NCBI GenBank assembly: GCA_964549305.1
Contig: CAZJVM010000003.1
Span: forward strand, 31,380-95,379
DNA length: 64,000 nt
Source: an uncultured bacterium
GTDB lineage: Bacteria; Schekmanbacteria; GWA2-38-11; J061
Reading direction: 5' to 3'
Part shown: positions 56,027 to 64,000 of the stretch, in pieces
Layout of the letters: each line of letters starts with the position of its first letter
Numbering within the stretch: the first letter of the stretch is position 1
Translations under genes and position numbers: made by a program
Notes under the pieces: generated by a model
Seen by the model: only the letters and a program-made list of their open reading frames with translations
Told to the model about the DNA's origin: nothing
Databases searched by the model: none

Positions 56027-56728
56027 TCATTTATTTTTCAGAAGCAGGGTTATTTCTCCCTTCAGGTTGTCTAAAGCGCCTGAGAGGAGTAAAGACTGTA
56101 CGGTGTCCGTAACTACTTCCTCGTGAATTTTTGTCAACTCACGACAAATACAAATTTCTCTATTACCTGCAATGTTGGAAATTTCTTCAATAAGCCGTTT
56201 CACTCTTTTCGGTGATTCAAATATAATTACGGTTTCTTTGCGGGAGGCCAAATCCATAAGCACCTTTTCTCTTTTTCCTTTTTTTCGTGGCAGAAATCCT
56301 TCAAAGTAAAACCTCGACGTATCAAATCCCGAAACGGAAAGAGCGGTTATGGGCGCCGATATGCCTCCTATTGGGGAAACCTTGATTTCTTCCTTTATGG
56401 CATCGATTATGAGGGATGTGCCCGGGTCTGAAATTCCGGGCATTCCCGCCTCGGAAACAAGAGCTACATTCTTTCCCGATTTTAATTCTTCGATAATCTT
56501 TTTACCCTTATATCTGCTATTGGCGCTGTAATAACTGGTGAGGCGTTTTTTTATTTTGTAGCGGTTTAACAGCTTTAGCGTTTTTCGTGTATCCTCCGCC
56601 GCGATAATGTCGCAGGTCCTGAGGGTTTTAATCGCTCTTATGGTAATGTCTTCGAGATTTCCGATGGGCGTGGAAACTATATAAAGAGTTCCTGCCGATG
56701 GATTTACGACACTGTTTCCGCCGTTCAT
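56027..56728 (-). CDS. rsmI: 16S rRNA (cytidine1402-2'-O)-methyltransferase.
   Basis: Tetrapyrrole-methylase fold: LYIVSTPIGNLEDITIRAIKTL..IAAEDTR, EAGMPGISDPG. Confidence 0.85.
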   Translation of the reverse strand: MNGGNSVVNPSAGTLYIVSTPIGNLEDITIRAIKTLRTCDIIAAEDTRKTLKLLNRYKIKKRLTSYYSANSRYKGKKIIEELKSGKNVALVSEAGMPGISDPGTSLIIDAIKEEIKVSPIGGISAPITALSVSGFDTSRFYFEGFLPRKKGKREKVLMDLASRKETVIIFESPKRVKRLIEEISNIAGNREICICRELTKIHEEVVTDTVQSLLLSGALDNLKGEITLLLKNK

Positions 56729-57648
56729 TTAAATTTATCCGGCACTTCGAAATGAGTAAGGTCTTTCAGAGTATGAAACTGTTTTTTTATTTCTTCTTTA
56801 TTGAGGTTTGCAGTTTTCTCTATGCTGAAATCCTGTACGGCGAATGATGCCATTACAGTGCCTGCTACTACTGCTTCATTCAGGGTTTTATTGTCTATCT
56901 TATCCTTTGATGCGATGTAACCGACAAATCCTCCCGCAAAACTGTCTCCCGCGCCTGTTGGATCGGAAACTTTTTTTAAGGGAACCGCGGGAACAAAAAA
57001 TTGCTTGTCTTTTGAGAAAAGAAGCGCGCCATATTCTCCTCTTTTTATGACAACATATTGCGGACCCATATTAATAATGCTTTCCGCCGCATCGGTGATA
57101 TTGTTTTTCCCTGAAAGCATTTTTGATTCCGTATCGTTAATGAGCAGAGCATTGATTTTTCCTATTACTTTTTTGAGCATATCGTTTTTACCGGTAATCC
57201 AGAAATTCATTGTGTCAAGAGCGATAAATTTACCATTTCCGGTTTTCTCGAGCACCCGGAGTTGAAGTTCGGGGTCTATATTGCCGAGGAAAAGGCAATT
57301 GCAGTCCGAATAGGATTCCGGTATTGATGGAACGAACTCTTCGAAAACATTGAGATGAGTTTCAAGGGTAATCGCCTCGTTGAGATTTTCTCCGTATTCG
57401 CCCTTCCATCTGAAAGTGTTGCCGTCGCTTTTAATTTCAAGACCTTCGAGGTCGATGTTCTTCGATTTTAAAAGTTCGATATGCTCCTGCGGAAAATCAC
57501 TTCCTGCAACTGCCACAAGTTTTACTTTGGTAAAGTAAGATGCCGCAACGGAAAAATAAACCGCGCTTCCTCCAAGAGCGTTTTCCACGCTTCTTTCCGG
57601 TGTTTTGACCGAATCAAGTGCTACTGACCCCACTGTTACTATGCTCAA
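56725..57648 (-). CDS. PfkB-family carbohydrate/nucleoside kinase.
   Basis: DPTGAGDSFAGGFVGY and an N-terminal GG motif. Overlaps rsmI by 4 nt. Confidence 0.8.
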   Translation of the reverse strand: MSIVTVGSVALDSVKTPERSVENALGGSAVYFSVAASYFTKVKLVAVAGSDFPQEHIELLKSKNIDLEGLEIKSDGNTFRWKGEYGENLNEAITLETHLNVFEEFVPSIPESYSDCNCLFLGNIDPELQLRVLEKTGNGKFIALDTMNFWITGKNDMLKKVIGKINALLINDTESKMLSGKNNITDAAESIINMGPQYVVIKRGEYGALLFSKDKQFFVPAVPLKKVSDPTGAGDSFAGGFVGYIASKDKIDNKTLNEAVVAGTVMASFAVQDFSIEKTANLNKEEIKKQFHTLKDLTHFEVPDKFK

Positions 57649-57658
57649 TTTTCTGTCC

Positions 57659-58228
57659 TCACATTTGAATGGTTATCGTTGCAAGCTGATAAAAAACCAG
57701 AATTATAAATGATATGATTAGGAAAAAAAAGAGGAAAAATATGAGTATGATAGGGGAGAAAGCCAGCAACAACGCGATCAGTTTCGATATGGAGTAGTAT
57801 TTGCTTAAAACGATTACCTGAATAACTATTATCCAGATTAGAGTTAGGAAATATACCAGAGGATAAAGACCGGTACTGTCCGTCAACAGGAGAATAGTGG
57901 CGAAAGGAGTGAGGAAGATATTCGGTATCAAACTGCAGTACATCAGTTTTATGACAGTGACAGAGTAACCTTTTATACCTCCCACTTCCGCAATAAAGTT
58001 TATGATTACAGACGTGATACCTATCAACAGTGCGGTGAAAACAAAGGGGGATATCACGGTAAGAAAAATGCTGCTTCCATAATAATTGGAATTGATAAGG
58101 TTCTTTGAAACAGAATAGCTTGCAACGGAAAGAAGGAGAAGAAAAAACAAAGCAATGTTGTTACCCTTTTCCTTTATCAAATCCACCGCTTCCGAGGGAT
58201 GAAAAATGAAATTGTAAAAAATTTCCAC
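57659..58228 (-). CDS. Yip1-like small polytopic membrane protein.
   Basis: 189 aa with five hydrophobic helices and an N-terminal FYNFIFHPSEAVDLIKE resembling Yip1-domain proteins. Confidence 0.35.
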   Translation of the reverse strand: MEIFYNFIFHPSEAVDLIKEKGNNIALFFLLLLSVASYSVSKNLINSNYYGSSIFLTVISPFVFTALLIGITSVIINFIAEVGGIKGYSVTVIKLMYCSLIPNIFLTPFATILLLTDSTGLYPLVYFLTLIWIIVIQVIVLSKYYSISKLIALLLAFSPIILIFFLFFFLIISFIILVFYQLATITIQM

Positions 58229-58238
58229 AGGCAGTCCG

Positions 58239-59228
58239 TTAATTTTGAAAAGGAATTAAACTGTTTTTAAACCCTATGCTTTCCGAATATAGGTATTTAA
58301 CCGGTGATGAATTGAGGTTCAGGTATTTATTGAAACTGTTTCCCGAATCGCGGTCCAGAAATCTGAATATTTGCTCGATAGGCAGGGTAATATCGCTGAT
58401 TATATGAAGTTCGCCTTTTATACCCGCAAGTTCGGCTGCAACGGTTTTTGCCTTGTCAAATCCTCCCAGTTCATCTACAAGACCTGCTTCCATTGCCTCT
58501 TCGCCGCTGAAAATTCTTCCGTCGGCAATCTTCCTGAGTTTGGAAACCTCGATGTTTCTTCCGCCTGAAACTGCAAAGAGAAATTGTTCATAGACATTGT
58601 TTACTGTATTTTGAAGAAGGTTCCTTTCCTTGTCGGAAAGATCCCGCCAGAATGCCAGGGTATCCTTGAAAGCTCCGCTTTTTATCACGTTATATTTGAT
58701 CCCGTATTTTTCAAAAAGGCGGTTTAAATTGGGAGAAGTTATAATGACTCCTATGCTTCCCGTAATCGTTCCTTTGTTGGACACGATTTTATCGCAGGCA
58801 CTGGCGACATAGTATCCGCCCGACGCGGCAATATCACCCAATGAGGCGACTACTTTTATCCCTTTCTGTTTTGCCCTTATTATGGCATCGAATATTTCCT
58901 GCGTCGCCCCTACCGTGCCTCCCGGGCTGTTTATCCTGATAATAATTGCTTTTACCCGGGAATCTTTGGAAAAGCGGTCAATTTTGTCAACTACAGAATC
59001 TGCTCCCCTCATCATACTCAGCGGTAGGGAAACAGGGGATAAATTGATTTCTCCGTAAATATTAACGACCGCAATGGATTCGGTTTTAACGGGAAAAAGC
59101 GATTTCAAAGCCGAAGTGTCAAAGGTGGTCTTTTCCGGTTCTTTTTTTGATAAGAGAATTATTCCCGCAATAACCGAAAAGGTGCAAAGTATTATAATTA
59201 AAATTGAAAATACGCGCTCTTTATTCAT
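58239..59228 (-). CDS. sppA: Signal peptide peptidase SppA (36K type).
   Basis: N-terminal anchor, RINSPGGTVGATQEI and ASGGYYVA (Ser/Lys dyad region). Confidence 0.8.
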   Translation of the reverse strand: MNKERVFSILIIILCTFSVIAGIILLSKKEPEKTTFDTSALKSLFPVKTESIAVVNIYGEINLSPVSLPLSMMRGADSVVDKIDRFSKDSRVKAIIIRINSPGGTVGATQEIFDAIIRAKQKGIKVVASLGDIAASGGYYVASACDKIVSNKGTITGSIGVIITSPNLNRLFEKYGIKYNVIKSGAFKDTLAFWRDLSDKERNLLQNTVNNVYEQFLFAVSGGRNIEVSKLRKIADGRIFSGEEAMEAGLVDELGGFDKAKTVAAELAGIKGELHIISDITLPIEQIFRFLDRDSGNSFNKYLNLNSSPVKYLYSESIGFKNSLIPFQN

Positions 59229-59501
59229 TAATCCTGATAATCCTTACCTTAATTTATAATTTCAATTTACCGTCTATAACAACCTTATGTCAAATGCAAA
59301 GAGAGAGAAAAGTGCCTTAAAAGGAAGCCGGCTCTTTGCCCTGACAAAAAATTAATTTTCATTTGACTAAAAAAAAACTGTAAGTTAGTTTATTTTTCGT
59401 TGTAGCCAATTTTGTGTTATGGAGTCAGGAACCATTTTGGACTACAGACAATAACAGTTTCCTATCACTTTATAACTATTTAATTTAATAGGGGGAGTGT
59501 A

Positions 59502-61445
59502 ATGAATGATAAGCCTATTGAGGCATTGCTTGAGGAAGATCGTCTTTTTGCGCCTTCAGAAGAGTTTGTAAAGAATGCAAATGCAAATGATGAAAAAATA
59601 TACGAAGAAGGCAAAGATATAGAAAAATTCTGGGCTAAGGCGGCAGAAAACATCGATTGGTTCAAAAAATGGGACAAAGTTCTTGAATGGGATCCTCCCT
59701 GGGCAAAATGGTTTGTCGGCGGGAAACTTAATATTTCCCATAATTGTCTTGACCGCCACGTGAACAGCCACCGCAAGAATAAAGCGGCGATTATCTGGGA
59801 AGGCGAACCGGGAGACGAAAAGGTTTATACATATTGGGATCTCTACAGGGAAGTCTGTAAGTTTTCCAATGTATTGAAGCAGTTTGGTGTTAAAAAGGGC
59901 GACAGGGTAACAATCTATATGCCAATGATACCTGAACTTCCCATTGCAATGCTTGCATGCTGCAGAATAGGCGCTGTCCATAGCGTAATCTTCGGAGGAT
60001 TCAGCCCTGATTCCATTATTGAAAGAGTAAATGACTCCGATTCAAAACTCATTATAACCGCTGATGGAGGTTACAGAAGGGGAACGGTTATTCCATTAAA
60101 GAAAAATGTTGAGGAAGCAGTTGAGAAATGTCCCTGTGTTGAGAATGTTATTGTTGTCAAAAGAGTGGGCGATGAAGCGAGAACTCATATGAAGGAGGGA
60201 CGGGACCATTGGTGGAAGGATCTGATGGATGAAGCAAAACCCGATTGCCCGCCTGAAGAAATGGACAGCGAAGATATGCTCTACATTCTTTATACAAGCG
60301 GGACTACAGGGAAGCCAAAAGGAATTGTTCATACAACCGGAGGCTATCTTGTGGGGACGACTATGACATCGAAACTCATCTTTGACCTGAAAGAGGAAGA
60401 TACATATTGGTGTACTGCCGATATAGGATGGGTTACGGGGCACAGCTATATTATTTACGGCATACTCTCAAATGGTGCTACTACGTTAATGTATGAAGGA
60501 TCTCCTGATTATCCGGAAAAGGACAGATTCTGGGAAATAGTCGAGAAGTATAATGTGAACATTCTCTATACCGCACCGACTGCTATCAGGACATTTATGA
60601 AATGGGGTGAACAATGGCCTGAAAAAAGAGACCTGTCATCATTGAGACTTTTGGGAACAGTAGGAGAACCTATTAATCCTGAAGCATGGATTTGGTATAA
60701 TAAAAATATCGGCAAAGAGAGATGCCCAATTGTAGATACATGGTGGCAGACTGAAACAGGAATGATACTTATTTCATCACTGCCAGGAATTGTTAAAACA
60801 AAACCGGGCTCTGCAACGAAACCCTTCCCCGGAATTGAAGCCAAGGTTTTGGATGATGCCGGGAATGAAGTTCCTCCGGGTTCAGGCGGATTTCTTGTTT
60901 TAACCAAACCCTGGCCGTCAATGCTGAGAACGATTTATAAGGACCCTGAGAGATTTAAGGAGCAATACTGGTCAAAGTATAAAAACATATATTTTACAGG
61001 AGACGGGGCAAATAAGGACAAGGATGGTTATTTCTGGGTTATGGGAAGAGTTGATGATGTATTAAATGTATCAGGACATCGTTTAAGCACAATGGAAATT
61101 GAAAGTGCCCTTGTTGATCATAATGCTGTTGCGGAATCTGCGGTTATAGGTAAATCTCACGAAGTTAAGGGACAGGCAGTTGTCGCTTTTGTAACTTTAA
61201 AAGAAAGTTTTGAGGCAAACAGGGAAATGGAAGGGGATTTGAAAGAGCATGTTGCAAAAAAAATAGGTGCTATGGCAAGGCCCGAAGACATCTTTTTTAC
61301 CCATGAACTTCCCAAAACAAGAAGCGGCAAGATAATGCGAAGACTCCTGCGCGACATTGCCGAAAAACGGGCATTGGGAGATGTGACGACACTTGCAGAC
61401 CCGGCAATAATCGAAAGTCTGAAGCAAAAGTATGAGGAAGATTAA
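59502..61445 (+). CDS. acs: Acetyl-CoA synthetase (AMP-forming).
   Basis: Near-collinear with E. coli Acs: [50 protein letters not shown]. Confidence 0.92.
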   Translation: MNDKPIEALLEEDRLFAPSEEFVKNANANDEKIYEEGKDIEKFWAKAAENIDWFKKWDKVLEWDPPWAKWFVGGKLNISHNCLDRHVNSHRKNKAAIIWEGEPGDEKVYTYWDLYREVCKFSNVLKQFGVKKGDRVTIYMPMIPELPIAMLACCRIGAVHSVIFGGFSPDSIIERVNDSDSKLIITADGGYRRGTVIPLKKNVEEAVEKCPCVENVIVVKRVGDEARTHMKEGRDHWWKDLMDEAKPDCPPEEMDSEDMLYILYTSGTTGKPKGIVHTTGGYLVGTTMTSKLIFDLKEEDTYWCTADIGWVTGHSYIIYGILSNGATTLMYEGSPDYPEKDRFWEIVEKYNVNILYTAPTAIRTFMKWGEQWPEKRDLSSLRLLGTVGEPINPEAWIWYNKNIGKERCPIVDTWWQTETGMILISSLPGIVKTKPGSATKPFPGIEAKVLDDAGNEVPPGSGGFLVLTKPWPSMLRTIYKDPERFKEQYWSKYKNIYFTGDGANKDKDGYFWVMGRVDDVLNVSGHRLSTMEIESALVDHNAVAESAVIGKSHEVKGQAVVAFVTLKESFEANREMEGDLKEHVAKKIGAMARPEDIFFTHELPKTRSGKIMRRLLRDIAEKRALGDVTTLADPAIIESLKQKYEED

Positions 61446-61463
61446 AGAGCGGTAAGAATACAG

Positions 61464-61494
61464 GGGAAGCCGGTTATTTCGGCTTCCCTTTTTT
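61464..61494. terminator. Bidirectional Rho-independent terminator between acs (+) and the NtrC-like gene (-).
   Basis: GGGAAGCCG-gttattt-CGGCTTCCC stem-loop followed by TTTTTT on the + strand. The A-run on the other side serves the converging minus-strand gene. Confidence 0.6.
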
Positions 61495-61496
61495 AT

Positions 61497-62885
61497 TTAG
61501 TTGATGTTGTACTTGTTAAGGAGATATCTGAATGAGCGAAAGCTGATATTTAAAAGCTCGGCGGCTTTCGTCTTTTTCCCCCCTGTTTTATCGAGAGCTT
61601 TTAAGAGATAGTTTTTTTCGATATTCATCATTATTTTTTCAATATTGATACCTTCGGAATTGATCTCAGGAAGGGTTTTGGCGCGATCAAGATACATTTC
61701 ATTTTCGTTCCCCGGGTTTTTAATTTCTTCGGGAAGATATTTTGGAGAAATCGCATTTTCGCTGCAGAGTATCAAAAGCCGTTCAATGACATTTTCAAGT
61801 TCTCTGATATTTCCGGGCCAAGAATATTTTTTCATAAGCTCAAGACTTCCCTTATCCATTTGAGGCGGTTTCCTGCCGGTTTTTTTCGAATATTTTTCAA
61901 CAAAGTGTTTAACGAGTCCTGGTATATCATCAATGCGCTCCCTTAATGGCGGGACACGAATGGGAAAGACGTTTACCCTGTAAAACAGGTCTTCTCTGAA
62001 TAATCCTTCGTTTACAAGCGTTTTTAAATCCTTGTTCGTTGCGGAAACGATTCTCACGTCCACATTGATTATTTTTGAACCTCCCACTCTTTTAATTTCC
62101 ATTTCCTGAAGGACTCTCAGAAGTTTTACCTGTGTGGATGGCGATGTTTCGGCTATTTCATCGAGAAATAACGTTCCTCCGTTTGCCATTTCAAAAAGCC
62201 CCTGCTGTGTTTTTACGGCATCGGTAAATGCTCCTTTTTCATGTCCGAAAAGTTCGCTTTCAAGGAGAGTTTCCGTAAGGGCGCCGCAGTTTATGGATTC
62301 GAATGGCAGTCCGTTTCTCGAGCTGTTTGCGTGAATCGCTCTTGCAACCAATTCCTTGCCCGTTCCGCTTTCACCGTATATGAGAACAGAGCTATCGGTG
62401 GCGGAAACTTTCTTGATTAGATCGAGAACATTTTTGATTTCATGGGATTTTCCTATGATTCTTTTTTTAAGGCTGTCTTCTCTTTCGATGCGCCGTCTGA
62501 GCCTGATATTTTCTTTTTTAAGATTATGCTTTTCGAGGGCTTTTCTGATAACGAGTTTTATCTGCTCATTGTTGAATGGTTTGCTGATGTAATCATAGGC
62601 GCCTTCTTTCATTGCCTCCACTGCAGTTTCGTGTGATGCAAATGCAGTAATCATTATGACATCCGTTTCCGGAGAAGTGCTTTTTATATATTTTAGAATG
62701 TCAATTCCGCTTACGCGCGGCATTTTTATATCGGTGATAACAATATCGAATATTTTTCCCTTCAATAATTCGATGGCACTTTCTCCGTTTGGGCAGGTTG
62801 TCACGTTGAATCCTTCCTGCTCGAGCATTATTTTCATGAATTCGAGCAGATTTTTTTCATCGTCTACAACAAGTATTTTCGACAT
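61497..62885 (-). CDS. Sigma-54-dependent response regulator (NtrC family).
   Basis: Receiver domain (VVDDE...D), AAA+ sigma-54 activator (GESGTGKE, GAFTDA, ESELFGHEKGAF) and a C-terminal HTH. Confidence 0.85.
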   Translation of the reverse strand: MSKILVVDDEKNLLEFMKIMLEQEGFNVTTCPNGESAIELLKGKIFDIVITDIKMPRVSGIDILKYIKSTSPETDVIMITAFASHETAVEAMKEGAYDYISKPFNNEQIKLVIRKALEKHNLKKENIRLRRRIEREDSLKKRIIGKSHEIKNVLDLIKKVSATDSSVLIYGESGTGKELVARAIHANSSRNGLPFESINCGALTETLLESELFGHEKGAFTDAVKTQQGLFEMANGGTLFLDEIAETSPSTQVKLLRVLQEMEIKRVGGSKIINVDVRIVSATNKDLKTLVNEGLFREDLFYRVNVFPIRVPPLRERIDDIPGLVKHFVEKYSKKTGRKPPQMDKGSLELMKKYSWPGNIRELENVIERLLILCSENAISPKYLPEEIKNPGNENEMYLDRAKTLPEINSEGINIEKIMMNIEKNYLLKALDKTGGKKTKAAELLNISFRSFRYLLNKYNIN

Positions 62886-62910
62886 ATTTCTTTTCCGTTA
62901 TCCTATTTGG

Positions 62911-64000
62911 TCAGATGGGAAGATAGATAACAAACCTAGTTCCTCTGTCTTCATTTTTTTCAACTTCAATAATTCCCGAATGTTCTTCTATGATTCTGTA
63001 TACAATGGCAAGTCCGAGTCCCGTGCCGCCTTCTTTTGTGGTGTAAAAAGGGGAAAATATCTTATCAATATCTGTGTTTTTTATACCCAATCCGTTATCG
63101 GAAAATGTTATTTTAACAAAACTTTTGCTGATTATATCAAAATTCCCTTTTATTTGTTCTTCTGCTATTTTTTCAATTTTTATTTCAATCTTTCCGGAGT
63201 TTTCGAATGCCTCTATTGCGTTTATGGAAAGATTCCAAAAGACTTGTTCAAGCTGTCTGCTGTCGCCTGAAACGACAATGTTTTTATCGTGAGACGTAAC
63301 CAAAATATCGATATCTTTATTTTCGCACTTGGGGCTGTTTTTAACGAGTACAACTACATCATCGAGTATTTTTTTCACATCACAATCGGAGAATTTCGCG
63401 TGCCCCGGTCGCGCGTATTGAAGAAAGTTATTTATCAGGTGATCGAGACGTTCAGATTCCTTAATGCTAATGTCCATCAGTTTTTTGTTTTTACCGTCGG
63501 TTTCTATCGTGCCTTTCAGCATTTGAATAGAACCGCTAATGGAGGCAAGCGGATTTCTTATTTCGTGTGCCATTCCCGCCGCGACTTCTCCGATTGCCGC
63601 AAGGCGGTCTGCCCGTTTGAGCTTCTGCTCCATCTTTTTTACATCAGACAAATCCTGAAAATTGCCTATCATTCCTGTCGTTTTCCCTTCCTCGTCCTTA
63701 AGAGAGATTAGTGTTATTTCTATATGCTTCATAACTCCTTTGATATTTATCTCTGATTCGCTTGAAATAAGTCCCGATGAAATTCCGCTGAGCTTTTGCA
63801 TACAATCTTCATAAGGTATGTCGGGAAAGATATCGTTCCATTTTTTGCCGATTGTATCTTGCGCGCTTCTTGAAAAAATTGATTCTGCCGCGCTGTTAAA
63901 GGATATGATATTCCCTTCAAGGTCAGTGGTTACAAGGCCGTTACTGAGACTTTGCAGAATATTTTCGTTCAATCTTTCAAGTCGTTTGAGTGTTCCTGAT
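62911..64000 (-). CDS. PAS-domain sensor histidine kinase; its 5' end lies beyond the right edge of the window.
   Basis: H-box HEIRNPLASI and an HATPase_c (GLGLAIV). The frame stays open upstream of the TTG at 63972 to position 64000 (…SGTLKRLERLNENIL), so the true start is outside the window. Confidence 0.8.
   Translation of the reverse strand, partial: SGTLKRLERLNENILQSLSNGLVTTDLEGNIISFNSAAESIFSRSAQDTIGKKWNDIFPDIPYEDCMQKLSGISSGLISSESEINIKGVMKHIEITLISLKDEEGKTTGMIGNFQDLSDVKKMEQKLKRADRLAAIGEVAAGMAHEIRNPLASISGSIQMLKGTIETDGKNKKLMDISIKESERLDHLINNFLQYARPGHAKFSDCDVKKILDDVVVLVKNSPKCENKDIDILVTSHDKNIVVSGDSRQLEQVFWNLSINAIEAFENSGKIEIKIEKIAEEQIKGNFDIISKSFVKITFSDNGLGIKNTDIDKIFSPFYTTKEGGTGLGLAIVYRIIEEHSGIIEVEKNEDRGTRFVIYLPI

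Overview
This 64 kb window looks like a contiguous bacterial chromosome segment with low GC. The organism is probably a diderm (GT9 heptosyltransferase, SppA, sigma-54/NtrC regulator) with an anaerobe-flavoured gene set (many radical SAM enzymes, DUF362 ferredoxin, DUF89). I found no rRNA, tRNA, CRISPR array, transposase or integrase.

Three blocks stand out.

(1) Positions 1-29.6 kb hold a very large glycan/envelope-modification locus. It has at least four GT-C-type membrane glycosyltransferases; one of them, at the left edge, is missing from the ORF track. It also has a polyprenol-phosphate-sugar GT2, two GT4s, a Glf-like flavoenzyme, an MBOAT with an SGNH partner, a Wzx-like flippase, three methyltransferases, and two sulfatase-fold/LtaS-like proteins that lack the formylglycine motif. 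Unusually, it also carries five radical SAM enzymes: three paralogous anSME-like SPASM/twitch types and two B12-binding class B types.

(2) Positions 29.6-39.9 kb are housekeeping genes: gdh, a DEAD-box helicase, a HemF-like protein, GT9, a YhaM-like HD protein, a GlcD-like oxidase and ilvE.

(3) Positions 39.9-51.3 kb carry a tight minus-strand operon: MarR, a CobN/ChlH-like large chelatase subunit, ChlI-like, ChlD-like (vWA) and a second ChlI-like subunit, a His-rich membrane protein, and a P1B heavy-metal ATPase. All three AAA+ subunits carry a Cys4 insertion. The His-rich protein duplicates the N-terminal transmembrane segment of the ATPase. This is my best candidate for an under-described metal-insertion/metal-trafficking system.

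The right end holds a GAF-GGDEF cyclase, DUF89, rsmI, a PfkB kinase, sppA, acs, and an NtrC-type two-component pair that runs off the window.

The supplied ORF track uses TTG/GTG as well as ATG starts, so several starts are probably over-extended. All calls are from reading the sequence and motifs by eye; no searches were run.
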